Shown here: positions 1 through 11,880 of the stretch, in pieces | Layout: every line of letters begins with the position of its first letter | How positions within the stretch are numbered: the first letter of the stretch is position 1 | From: Parasitella parasitica NRRL 2501 | Taxonomy: Eukaryota > Fungi > Mucoromycota | DNA length: 64,000 nucleotides | Reading direction: 5' to 3' | NCBI GenBank assembly: GCA_025201805.1 | Contig: MU619263.1 | Coordinates: 6,461-70,460, forward strand | Translations under genes and position numbers: made by a program | Notes under the pieces: generated by a model | The model's input: only the letters and a program-made list of their open reading frames with translations | Databases searched by the model: none | What the model was told of the DNA's origin: nothing

Positions 1-150
1 GAAAATTAATTTTAGAAGCTCATAATAAAGTATGCTGTGTCCTACTCTCTTCTGTGCTATTCGAACTGAGCATATTAAAATTTCTTAAAAGATCATAAGT
101 ATATTTTCAGCCCTAAATGTTTATCCCGTAACTCGATAACTTTTTATTTA

Positions 151-317
151 CTGTGCTTCCACTCCCAATTTGCCGAATTTTTGAAAACTCCGCCCACTTT
201 TTTGAAATGTTTTGGACATTTTTGTGAGGCTAAATTGCCCAAAAATTTGAGACTAATTTGACCAGATGTTCGAAGCTAAATTTGACCAATTTTATGAAAA
301 TAAATTGACCAACTTTT
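151..317 (+). repeat. Left terminal inverted repeat with internal TTGACCA direct repeats
   Basis: 151-305 is the reverse complement of 1935-2088 with about 3 differences. The inner part (299-317) matches 1704-1722. TTGACCA occurs three times (about 258, 282, 306). Confidence 0.93.
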
Positions 318-365
318 AATATTGAACTGATCAGCTTTTGACTTTTTATCTTCTAAATTTTCCAA

Positions 366-1661
366 ATGAATTTCTTTCGCGAAGACGGTAGAGGTGGAAT
401 AGTGGACGAGTCTGGCAATGAAGCAGCTGCTTTTGTTGTAGACCCGTCGTTCAGACTGACAAGTTTGACAAACTTGCATAAATATATCAAAAATAAAAAA
501 GTAATAGTTGAGGAAGAACCGAAAGACACTGATATGCAAGAAGCACCTACAAAAAATGCAAGGCTATCAGAGTACAATGTTTACACCACCGAAGACCGAT
601 TGCGATACTTCTTTTTTATTCAGGAAAAACTTATGAAACCAGCAGAAGCTGCAAAACTGGCTAATGTTAATTATGAAACTGCTCGAACATGGAAAGCAGT
701 TTACAAGAAAGATCCAGAGCACAACATCCCTTTTAAAAAAAACAAACCGCACTTCTATCTGTCATAAAAGTAAGCTAAACGAGAGCCATAAGGAACATAT
801 CACCTCCTTCCTTGATGAAAACCCATCCGCAGTCATCCAAGACGCAGTGGAAGATTTAACGAGAAGCTTTGAAGGCTTAGAAATTAAGAAGAGTAGAGTT
901 GCTGAGTTCATGAAAGAAGAGTGCAACCTGAGCATAAAAGTTGTTTGTTACTCGTCATCCTCAGGCAAGAAACAGCAAAACAACTTTGGAGGCCCGTGCC
1001 AAATGGGTTGAGGAATGGGTTCAAAAGGACATGCTTTTTATGCAAAACTGTGTCTTTTTTCTTGACGAGGCAGGTTTTGACATTAATATGCGTCGTTCAA
1101 GAGCTTGGTCAAAACGTGGTACTGAGGCAGTCATCGAGTCACCCTCTGCGAGGGGGGTTTCTCATACAATTATCGGTGCTATTTCAGCATTAGGTGTAGT
1201 AAATGTAAGTATGAGAGAGCCAGGAAGTGTCAAAAAAAGAAAAATTGTTGGCGCTACAAAACGTCAGGTCACTGGAGATGCTGTCTCAGCTATTCCCAAA
1301 GGCACNNNNNNNNNNNNNNNNNNNNNNNNNNNNNNNNNNNNNNNNNNNNNNNNNNNNNNNNNNNNNNNNNNNNNNNNNNNNNNNNNNNNNNNNNNNNNNN
1401 NNNNNNNNNNNNNNNNNNNNNNNNNNNNNNNNNNNNNNNNNNNNNNNNNNNNNNNNNNNNNNNNNNNNNNNNNNNNNNNNNNNNNAAATGTTTTGGAAAG
1501 TTTTAAAAGACAGAGTCAAAAGAGGCAAGCTTAGTGATGTTGAAACTCTTACTTCTAGAGTTATTGAGGGCAGCGAAGATGTTCCCATTGAGCATTTACA
1601 AAATTTTATTCAACACTCAATCGATATTTTTCCAAAATGCATTAATAAAGAAGCTATATAA
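366..1661 (+). pseudogene. Tc1/IS630-type DDE transposase, frameshifted
   Basis: Three overlapping frames: an HTH region (AEAAKLANVNYETARTW), a second HTH, the first catalytic D in FLDEAGF, then HTIIGAIS, and the C-terminal FWKVLKDRVKR...IQHS. Frameshifts lie at about 735 and 945. The middle of the catalytic region is in an N gap. Confidence 0.9.
1306..1485. other. Assembly gap (180 N)
   Basis: Run of N. Confidence 1.
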
Positions 1662-1721
1662 TCACTTTTACATTTTATCAAAAAGTGGTCAACTCAATTA
1701 AGTAAAAGTTGGTCAATTTAT

Positions 1722-1935
1722 TGTGACATCCGTCACCTGACAAAGTCAGTATGCATCAATACAACTGCCATATATATTCCATGCCCGCAGACAATTCAAA
1801 CTTCATGCCCGAATCCATAGCAATATCATTATCCGTAGCAACATCATTTAGTATAAATACCTTAACAGTTTATAACAATAAAGAAACATCCATTTCAACT
1901 ATAAATCTACTTATAGCAACCTTTCAAATATTACA
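1722..1935 (+). mobile_element. Solo LTR of an LTR retrotransposon inserted in the right TIR
   Basis: Begins TGTGACAT and ends ATATTACA (TG...CA, imperfect terminal IR). 5-bp TSD TTTAT at 1717-1721 and 1936-1940. Internal TATAAATA (1852) and AATAAA (1877). Confidence 0.85.
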
Positions 1936-2088
1936 TTTATTTTCATAAAATTGGTCAAATTAGCTTCGAACATCTGGTCAAATTAGTCTCAAATTTTTGG
2001 GCAATTTAGCCTCACAAAAATGTCCAAAACAATTCAAAAAAGTGGGCGGAGTTTTCAAAAATTCGGTAAATTGGGAGTGGAAGCACAG
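1936..2088 (-). repeat. Right terminal inverted repeat (outer part)
   Basis: Reverse complement of 151-304. Confidence 0.93.
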
Positions 2089-3010
2089 TAAGCAGTGATT
2101 TTTGCTTTTTAAGCCCTGGGACTGCGAACTAACTTGCTAACTACCTAATCATTTCACAAATGTCAGATATTCTTCGTATCTTATCCTTCATATCTTATAT
2201 AATTGATGATTGCGCCCGCCGCTTGATTACACTCAAAACTCTCTAAATTACGCGGAGCAAGTAATAAAAACCTTTAAAAATAAATAAATATATACATCAA
2301 GCTTGCTTTAGCCCACTGTAGCTTACGGCAAAAAATTTGCTGGTTCAATTTGATCGAGGTGGGACAAAAATTGATTCTATAGACAGAACGGTACAAGAAC
2401 AATTGTAACCATAAACCAGGCATGGAAATGTCTAGATATTGACGTTGTGTATCGAATGAGTGAACTTATTAGTTGAGATATGCTCAACTGTGTGATAATT
2501 TTGCTTCAAAACCGTTAAAAAATTGGATAGTCAAGATTTGGATTAAATCGGCATGTCCAATAACCTATCAACTTTCTTAAAGTATTCAGGAATGAAGATT
2601 TCCAAAAATTGTTTCAGTTTCAATGCCAGTATTGAATTTATTAACCTAGCCCGTAAGCTCCTATTTTCAACTGAGGAGGGAAACATGGTCCCCAAGTAAC
2701 TTGTATATGTCTTGATAAGTTGATAGCTAAGATGCTGTAGCATACGATTTCAAAAAGTGTTTTTATACGTAGTTTCATTTTTTTGATTGATGCACGTAAT
2801 CTACATTGTATAAATACCTAACCTTTAATATAAGCGTTGCCCGTTCATTTTAACCCTACAAATTAATTTATTATAGTTTTAGTGGGAATTATTAGAGAGG
2901 CTTGAAAGACGTAATGAAATAAGAAGGGGTTAAATGTTGATGCATTAAAGTAGTGTATCATTAGAGACGGATGGTGAAATAAACAAAGGAATAGAACGTT
3001 AAGAAAAATG

Positions 3011-4817
3011 TTACTCCCTCCAGGTGTACTTAATATTTGCAGGCTTTTCAGGAACAACAACCATAGAAGTATAATCCGGCTTAGGGACAGCTTTTCCTTC
3101 CAACTCGATATCAAACATACGGATCATTGTGGCAATAATAGTTTTGATTTGAAGATAGCCGAAAGTTTCACCAATACAACGATGACGACCAGCACCAAAT
3201 GGTAAAAAGGGGTTCTTTGAAGAGATACCAACAGCACCAAACCCATAATCTACGTCAGCATCGTCACCAGCCTCCATATTGTGGACTGGATCATCTAAGT
3301 CAATCCAACGCATCGGATTATACTTGAGCGGATCTTTGAAATAAGTGGAATCTACTTGAGTGACACCAGGGACAGCACAAAGGAAGTTACCCTTAGGAAT
3401 ATCATGTCCTGTTTTTTCAAAAGTCACCTTTTCAGCAATCACCTTTCTCATCATTTGAAAAATGGGCGGATGAAGACGTAAAGTTTCACGAACACAGTTC
3501 TCCAACAAGGTTAGTTCCTTGACATTGTCAAAAGTCAGGTCAGTCTTGAGTGAGCCCAATTTTTGAATCTGTTCTTCGCGCAATGCACGGATGAGATCAG
3601 GACGAGCAGCCAGTTCGAGAAGAGTCCATGCTGTCGTCGTAGCAGAGGTATGTTGGCCGCCGAACAAGACGGCAATCATCATACCGGCAATATGCTTATC
3701 GGGAACTGGAGTACCATCTTTGTATGAGGAGTCCATTAAAGCTTGAAGTAAATCGGCATTGGTCTACATATCATTTTAATTAGCTTCTTCAGCATCACCT
3801 ATCTCTCATACGCAATTCTTACATTGTCATTTTCAGCTTTTCTGCGTTGAATGATGCTAGAATAAAGCTCTGCCATTTTTCTGCAAGCTTCATCACGTCT
3901 ACGGTACGAAGGGAGGGGCAAGTTGGAAAAAATAAAGTTGATGGGCTGGAAACCTTGATCAAGATCGTAATATAATTGTGCGACATTTCCATCCAATCCA
4001 GCACGAATTTCTTTGCCCATCAAACAGCGAGAAGCTGTACAAATAATCAAAGAACCAAATGTATGATAGGCATCAAATGTACCAGAGGGCTTCTCAAAAA
4101 CCTTGAAGAATTCAGTTACTTCATCCACAATCATGGGCACATGCTGACGGAAACATTCTGTATTCAAACCAGCCTTGATAAATCTATAGTGTACATTAAA
4201 AATGGCTGCTACTAATTTTTTTTCTTTTTCTTTTTTTTTTTTATATGTCAACTGATATTCACCTCTTTTGCTCCAAAAATACACTGTGAGGAGCATCGTA
4301 TACAACCTCACGACCAAATACATATTTGGTCATGTCATTGTAAGCTTCAGCAGCGGAAGATAAGTTTTGCTTGGAGTTGAAGACAAATTGATTCCCATCG
4401 GCACCGAGAAGAACGGTAACTTTTTTACCAACCATCTTGAAGGTGAAAACATCTCCATACTTTTTTTGACAGTTTTGCAAGAATTGAATCGGATTTCTAG
4501 AAAGAATTTGCACGCGTATTCCTTTAGATCAACCATCAATTTTTCAACACAGGAAACACACTTACATTCCAAATTCGATAGCATTACCCATAAATGGTAT
4601 CCATGAAAAAACAACAGGAGGTTGCTTAGGATTCTTGGGGCCAAGCTATATTTACAAACGTGTTGAGTATTCTACATTTTCATCCTTTTTGACTTTGCAT
4701 CCTTACCAATTGATTTACAATATCAAGTACGATATAAACTACCAAAAAAAGGAAGGCATATAGAATAACACTTGAAAGAGAGGGGAGTGAGGTGACCAAG
4801 GTCGACAATACAGCCAT
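3011..4817 (-). CDS. CYP51: Sterol 14-alpha-demethylase CYP51 (Mucorales F1-type), multi-exon
   Basis: N-terminal membrane anchor (MAVLSTLVT...), AEAYNDMTKYVFG.EVVYDAP, I-helix LFGGQHTS, ETLR motif, and heme motif FGAGRHRCIG. Confidence 0.97.
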
Positions 4818-4998
4818 TTTATTAAAGATAGATGCTCAAGGAAAAGAAGAAAAGGAAAATACTATATAAAGAATCTTTATTTTATTACAACATCTATCAT
4901 GTTTATTGAGAGTCACTTGGTGTAACAATATTCGGGTCTTGTTGCAGAATGTTTGCATCCAAATCAGTCTGCCCAAATTTGTAAACATTTCATTACAC

Positions 4999-7173
4999 TC
5001 ATAGCGGATCCATGGATTCATATTCCAAAGATTTCTTCATGTAAAAGCACATGTACCTGAATCATTAAATAGATTAAAATCCAGCTGTATATCATAATTG
5101 ATCTGATCCAACAACTTACGCTTTGCTATCAAGCACATCTTTTTGATACGCCACTGTTACATTGTGGTCGTCAAATCGAAACCACTACATAACGGTACGC
5201 CTGATAAGAGCTAGTTATATAGTACTTCTATCAGTATATTACCTCGTTTCTATGTTTGGCATACATGGTATAGTGGCCAGTGTCCATTTTGCCTTGATGA
5301 TTTACGACTGAAAATAACGTATACACATTATCCCTGCATTTTTAACCTTTTTGTTAACCTATTTTTGCGTTCCCTCATGCACGCAACAACTTACACATCC
5401 TTCCTTTTGCTGCTTGTATAAGGCGTAAGGTCAAGTTCTGCTGGAAATTTAATTTTGGTCTCGATTTTACTTGTAGATGTTGTACCATGCTCAAAGCGTT
5501 TTAATTGAATGCTTAGAACAGGTGGTATGCGTTTAATGGATAGCTGCTTTGTGGCTTCCTGAAATGTGTTTCCACATTTACTGCAGCTATATTCATTCGT
5601 CCCTAGTTTCTCTGGTTGTGTGTATCGGTCTAAGCAATCTAAAAGTGTATTTCCTTGTTTGGCTCGAACTGAATCATCAGTGCTTATCCTTCTTCCATTT
5701 TTATCCGTTACGGTATGGGTATTGTTTCCACCCAGCAATTTACTATTGTGAGCAGTACTAGCAGCGGCAGGAACAGATGAAGACGGTTGCCTTTTCTTCT
5801 TTTCTACAGGCCTTAGCCCTAAACTAATGTCCAACATTGGATCGCATGTTGTTGTTACATTTCTACATCGCAGACATGTCACATTGGACTGCAACAATCC
5901 TGCAAATGTCGTGTGAATGATACATTCGCAATTGGACAGTTTTTGCTCATCACATCCAGCATGAATATTATTCAACGCACTGATAAAGAACTCATGTGCA
6001 TCTTGTTGAGCATATCCAGCCAATTCCTTCAAACTCATCCACATGGACTGTAAAAATCGACAAGGTCCGTACGGTTTTTTGTCGTCAGAATAAAACTGTC
6101 GCTCTCTCTATCAGTATGCGCATACCGTCAAATCATCAGCTTTACGTTGATTTACCTGTGCAAATAGATCATCCATCTCACAACACATGCAAAACTGCTT
6201 ATGACAGTTTTTAGGGTTATGCCGATCGCTTAAAAAATATGCTTTCAAAAGTGGATTATGCACCAAACTCTGCAAAATGACATTCATGAAGCACGTATTT
6301 CCCATGTTACATAGTCCACGAATGCCTTGACAGGAGGATATAGCCGAATTATTTATAATGGTGGTGATATCTTGACCGCTAGGCTCCCAAACTGTATACT
6401 GGATACGCTGCTTCTTTTTCCTAGACTCTAGGTTTTGTTGAAATTTTTGATTCTTCAATTATATTTATATTCTACTTACTTGATACAAGTTCAACTCGTA
6501 CAATCTTCTCGTCTATTTCAACATCATATATGTAATCGTTGCATTCACTACAAAATAGCGCATGTCGATCAAAGTCCATTGCTAAGGATACGTAGAATGA
6601 AAAATGAGTGGAGAAAAACATTATCCTGATGTTTGTACAATTTACCAAAAGTGTGCTTCTTGTCTTTTTGATGATCTTTTATGTGCCCTTTACGCCAACA
6701 GCCTATGTATACACAGTGTAGGCAAGCATGCAGACGCGATAATGGATCTAAACATGTAGTGCATTGAGGTAACGGCAGCTGTAAAGCAGAAATAATGAGC
6801 TCATGCAGCCACAAAAACCAGTTAATACTATGGATACCTCTTTTAATGGCTTCCTTCTCTTTCCATCGCTGGTATACTTGATTTTTCTGCTCTTATGCCA
6901 TATGATAGAGTATTGAACTAAGGAGCGATAATTTTCCAAGACAACGGCATCTTGGTTTCCATCGTTTTCCTTGATCTTTCGCTTTAATTTTACAATGTGA
7001 GGACAAGCACCTGATTGAATGAGCTGGTGAGGCCTATAGAAGTCGGATGGATTATCGGGTGAATATAAAACATCGTAAATTGTTTTTTGGTCTGTAGAAT
7101 CCGTTGGTTGAAACGGGGATGGTGGTGATAAAGGAGACAATGGTGAGCCAGGTGGCTGTAAGTTGTTTGACAT
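4999..7173 (-). CDS. UBP8: Ubiquitin C-terminal hydrolase, Ubp8/USP22 family (SAGA DUB), multi-exon
   Basis: ZnF-UBP region (CTTC...HACLHCVYIGC...H), Cys box GLCNMGNTCFMN, QQDAHEF, LKRFEH, His box HQGKMDTGHY. The last exon ends YMCFYMKKSLEYESMDPL*. Confidence 0.92.
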
Positions 7174-7606
7174 GTACAATATGTTTTCAGAAAAAGAGGA
7201 TAATACAAAGAAATTTGTGCTTGATCAACGAGGCAAAAAAACAACAAGGAAAGTAGGGTGAGCTTGTTTCCCGTGAAAAATAGGACTGGGCTTGTCCTGC
7301 AATTTCTTTTACAGCTTTACACAAACTACATAATTCCGTTATCCTGACAATGGACACTACATTTATACTCTTTTTTTTTATGAATGTAACACATGAAAAG
7401 GCTGCTCATCTACTGAAGCTCTTTTTCTACTAAAATCGCCATCATAAAACTGGTCATCAATCATATCCAAACTAAAATGTCTATATCAAATGCAACCACA
7501 TTTAAATAGTTTCTTTCAGTTATTTATAGCTACGACAAGAGAAATCAGACTTTAATAACTACATCAAGACGACTATAGTATAGCACGGTTAGTTTTAGAT
7601 GTTTCT

Positions 7607-7638
7607 AAAAAAAAAAAAAAAAAGAAATCATAAAAAAA

Positions 7639-7676
<38 letters not shown>
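7607..7676. repeat. Interrupted poly(A) tract
   Basis: About 70 nt almost entirely A, in the UBP8/SWIB intergenic region. Confidence 0.9.
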
Positions 7677-7678
<2 letters not shown>

Positions 7679-9075
7679 GCAGGCATTAGAGAATTTCAGG
7701 AGCAACTGGTTTGAATTGAGGAGAACAATTAAATTTGGTCGATTGAGTTATGTATTTTTTAGTGTCGATAATTAAGGATGATCTTCTCGATCTTGATTTA
7801 AGTTTACCTTCCAGGTGATCAGACATTCGGTCTTCAAGACATTTTCACACTAGTAAACATCGCACGTACCAACATATAGGTAAAGCTCGATGATATGTGC
7901 GTATTAAGCATACAAACTTGAGTCTTCTTTATTGAGAATTATTATTTGTGATTTGTTTATTGTATTTGTTGTTGAAACATATTTAGATGGGGTACAAAGA
8001 AGCTTTGTTTCAATCTCAGGAAAGGATCCCAACACAATGTATTGCCACTCTCCATATCAGCATTATTTCTCTCGTATAAGCAAGTACAAGGGTGTCAACG
8101 GCACTCTTTATCACTGTTAGTATTGTCATTCAGAGGTAGTTTGGGCCATGTAGCATGTAGGATATCGAACGCATTTCCGTTTAACTTACATAGCATGTAT
8201 TTATGCACTATTGCATGACCAGCAGGAACGAGTACCACAATAAACCAACAACAACAAAACCAACAACAACAATCGGATCATTACATAAAGATAAAAAAAA
8301 AAATACTTTCTTGATATTATGAGTGATACGGCAATTACTCAAAAACGCCCTCGAAACTATATTATATAAAGGCGATATATCTGATTTGAGAACGGACCTT
8401 GTAGTCATGGGATGATTGATTTGATAAATTTCAGGGCAATCATTATACTACCTATTTGCTTTCGTTGCCTACTTACAAGATGCATTTTCCTTTCCAGAGA
8501 GACAAAGAGTGAGCTCGCACTGATAGATAGCTTGCATTGACTGATTTTACAACTTGGTCGTTGATGCTAGTTCCGTTTTTCTCGTCTCTGTTGGATTAAA
8601 TTCTAACATGGCCCCTCAATCTTGTTTGTCTAACCCATTGCACAAGTGACGTAGACTTTTGTTGACATTTTATGCAAATAAAACAAGGTTGTTATCATTG
8701 ATAGCTTGTTGGAAAAATGGTAAGAATGAAGTGACAGTTGGATCAGAATGGCGCGAAAAGATACACAATGTCAATGTCATGCTTCCCTTTTTTTCTTTCT
8801 TTTGCAAGATATGTGCCAACGATAAACTCATGGAAGTGGCCCTGGATCGGATGAATGGCCTAGTCACGTTTTCATAAATTTACTATCAAAAAGGTCCCTT
8901 TTTTTTCCTTTTGGCTACTACACCCCATATTTTTTTCCCTTTCTTCAATCTTTCTCTTCCTCTTTAACCTTCTTTTTATTTTAATTAAAGAACAATCAAG
9001 AATCTCCATCCTGTTACTGTATTTCTGTTGGAAACAACTTGGTCAAACTGCAAATAATACCCACAACATAAAAAA

Positions 9076-10661
9076 ATGGATAGAAATCCAGTCTTACAAG
9101 GCAAGTATACATACTGCTGGCTTTTTCTTTTTAGAGATGAAATAAAATAAATAAAGGGGCGAAGGGGTGGTGGAGGAGTAATAAATTATAAGTTATATGA
9201 CTATATGAAAAATGTTGGAAATTAATCATATTATTTGTGATGCAGATTTGCATGCCTTTCATAGCACATCAGCGGCGCCAAATGCTGATTATCAGACTAG
9301 CAAAATGGCAATGCCAGATCAAGACAACAGAATCATGTTCTCCATGCCACCAAATACCAATGCAAACAGCAGTACAACAGATACCCAAACTACTTCTTTT
9401 CTTGATGGATTAGATTTTGGATTTGATGCGAGGCTTTATCAACAGCAGCATTCAATGCCTACGCATCACCAGCAGCAGCAACAACAGCATTCCATGTCTA
9501 TTCATCAGCATGACCATCAACAAGGTTTATACTCGCCTAGTCAGTTTTATCAGTTGAGTCCTCAACAGCAGCATATGCAACAATTGCAGCAACAACAGTA
9601 TATGCCTGTTTATCAGCAGCACCCTCCTCCTCAACAACAGCACCCGCATCATCAGCAACAATTACTTAATAGCAATCAAAATAATAGTCAAATTTTACTT
9701 CAAAGATACAACAGTAATGGAAGTACCACAAGTAGTACAAACTCACAACCGTCTTATCTATCTAATTATAGTCCAATGGCGCATTATAACATACCACTTC
9801 AAAATCCAAATGATGGCAATTTGAACAAGATGTTGTATGCTCAGCACCATCATCAACAACAGCAGCAACATTTACAGCAATTGCAGCAACCTCATAATTT
9901 ACAAATGAACAAAAAGCGTAAATCAACCACCAACAGTGCTGATTTATTGGAGGATCATTTATTACATCAACAAGTAGGCGGTGCTATCCAAAAGAAAAAG
10001 ACTAAAGCTAAAAAGAAAAAGACGCCCAAGATTGTTGATCCTAATGCACCACCCAAGCCAAAAAGAAAAACCGGATTAAATAAACCGCTGATCTTAAGCC
10101 CAGCATTATCTGAACTTATGGATGGAGAAAAAGAGGTAAAAAATATATATATATATCAAGGGACACAAACAAGCACACAATATTCAACAACTATTACAGC
10201 TCTCTAGACCCGAATTAGTCCAAAAGTTATGGAAGTACATAAAAGACAATGATCTCCAAGATCCTGCAGACAGAAGATTTATCCTTTGTGATGACAAGCT
10301 TAAAAAAATATTTGATCAGGATCGTATAAATAGTTTTGGTATGAACAAGGATTTATCAGCTCATTTGACGAAAAAAGAAGAGCCTGCGATTAAGCAAGAG
10401 CCAGATAGCATTGAACAGCAAACAGATACCGCTGTCTATACAGAAACAGACCAAGATAACAAAAACTTAAATACTGCATCATCAGCCACTGCTACTACTT
10501 CCACGACCATCTCCACAACAGCAACCGAGGATGTTGCTACCATGGCTGTTGCTTCAAATGAAAATACAAACACTACGCCTCTTCTTCTTCAACAAGAAGC
10601 AACACCATCAGAGGATGCTATTGTCACTCCAAAAGAAGAAGAGTTTTTATTGAATTTATAA
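9076..10661 (+). CDS. SWIB/MDM2-domain protein (Uaf30/Tri1-like) with Q/H-rich N-terminus
   Basis: Spliced sequence gives LNKPLILSPALSELM-DGEKE|LSRPELVQKLWKYIKDNDLQDPADRRFILCDDKLKKIF...FGMNKDLSAHL, a SWIB domain. The first exon MDRNPVLQ is inferred through a GC-AG intron. Confidence 0.88.
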
Positions 10662-11053
10662 TTTGCCTCTCCCCCCCCCCCCTTTTTTTTTTTCACTATT
10701 ACGCCCCTCGCTTGCCTCCTCTCTTTCTCCTTTATGAGACTCCTTGTTTATTTTTTTTAACTGAAAAAAATAATGTATACATGTATACAATATTCCAACA
10801 TTTCTTCATGGTAAATATTAAAAATTCGTAATGTTTTTCTTCAATTTTGTATCACATGAAAGAAAATTGAGGGAAAAAGATTTACCAAAGGAAATACGCA
10901 CACTCGTACAAACATATACGCACAAATACATGAATTCTTATACATCACACGTACAAAAAAATAATAAAAAAGTTCCTTTATCAAAAAAATAAATAAATTG
11001 AAAGTATCACAAAAAAAAATATTTGAGTGTAACATCGGGATGACCATTACAAG

Positions 11054-11596
11054 TTAATTCTGTAGTTTCGTAGGACGCAGCAGATGATTTATTTTATAGG
11101 CAATGCCATTCACGGCTTCAACAGCGTTGATGTCAACCATAGCATGATCATTCAACATGATTTTCTTGGAAAAGTAGTGGTATTTGACTTTAATTGTTTC
11201 ATCTTTGAGCATTGTTTGGAGTGGCGAATGCAATCTCTTTAGTGTATCAGCATCGATTTTATTGTTAGGGATTATGTGGTTTCGCAGGAATTCATCTAAA
11301 TGATCTCGAGTGTACATATCTAGTTCATTGCGAAACGCTGAATTTACAGGGCAGAACATTGTAAATTGGTTATCCTGCGCATTGTCTGTGTTATTCACCA
11401 ATTTAAAGATGTCATCAATTTGTGTAAGCACATCCATGAATGTAGATAATGCTGGGTCTGGCGCCAACTTGTCAAACAAAGACTGCTGCGAACAGGCAGT
11501 TTTGTAGTCGGGTGCATTGGGCTCGTATAAAAGTTGCTGCTGTTGCGACATGCCAAGAAGAACAGACAATAATACGAATAGCGCTATAATCTGCAT
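11054..11596 (-). CDS. Secreted fasciclin (FAS1) domain protein
   Basis: Signal peptide MQIIALFVLLSVLLG, H1 motif FTMFCPVNSAF, LRNHII, and H2 motif AVNGIAYKINHLL. Confidence 0.88.
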   Translation of the reverse strand: MQIIALFVLLSVLLGMSQQQQLLYEPNAPDYKTACSQQSLFDKLAPDPALSTFMDVLTQIDDIFKLVNNTDNAQDNQFTMFCPVNSAFRNELDMYTRDHLDEFLRNHIIPNNKIDADTLKRLHSPLQTMLKDETIKVKYHYFSKKIMLNDHAMVDINAVEAVNGIAYKINHLLRPTKLQN

Positions 11597-11880
11597 ATTA
11601 ATGAACGAAAAAAAGGGAAGCGAAGATTTTCGATACATTTTCACTTTAGTCTGCAAGAGAAACAAAGACTAAATGATATCATTGGCCAAAACAGAATCTG
11701 ATACTGTAACACACACACCCCTCAAAGTGTTTGATGGAACTCGGAAGCTACATCAAATAAGCCCGTGACTCAAAAGGGTTCTTATAAACAATAATCAAAT
11801 AAGCTTATAACATGTAAAAAAACGACGCCAGATGCTATATTAGTTTTTCTTTTTCTTTCTTGTATTTCCCTCAATTAAAA

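Larger units (their letters stand above)
151..2088 (+). mobile_element. Tc1/mariner-IS630 superfamily DNA transposon, full length but non-functional
   Basis: Terminal inverted repeats CTGTGCTTCCACTCCCAATTT... (from 151) and ...AAATTGGGAGTGGAAGCACAG (to 2088), flanked by TA on both sides (149-150, 2089-2090). Internal DDE transposase reading frames. Confidence 0.95.
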
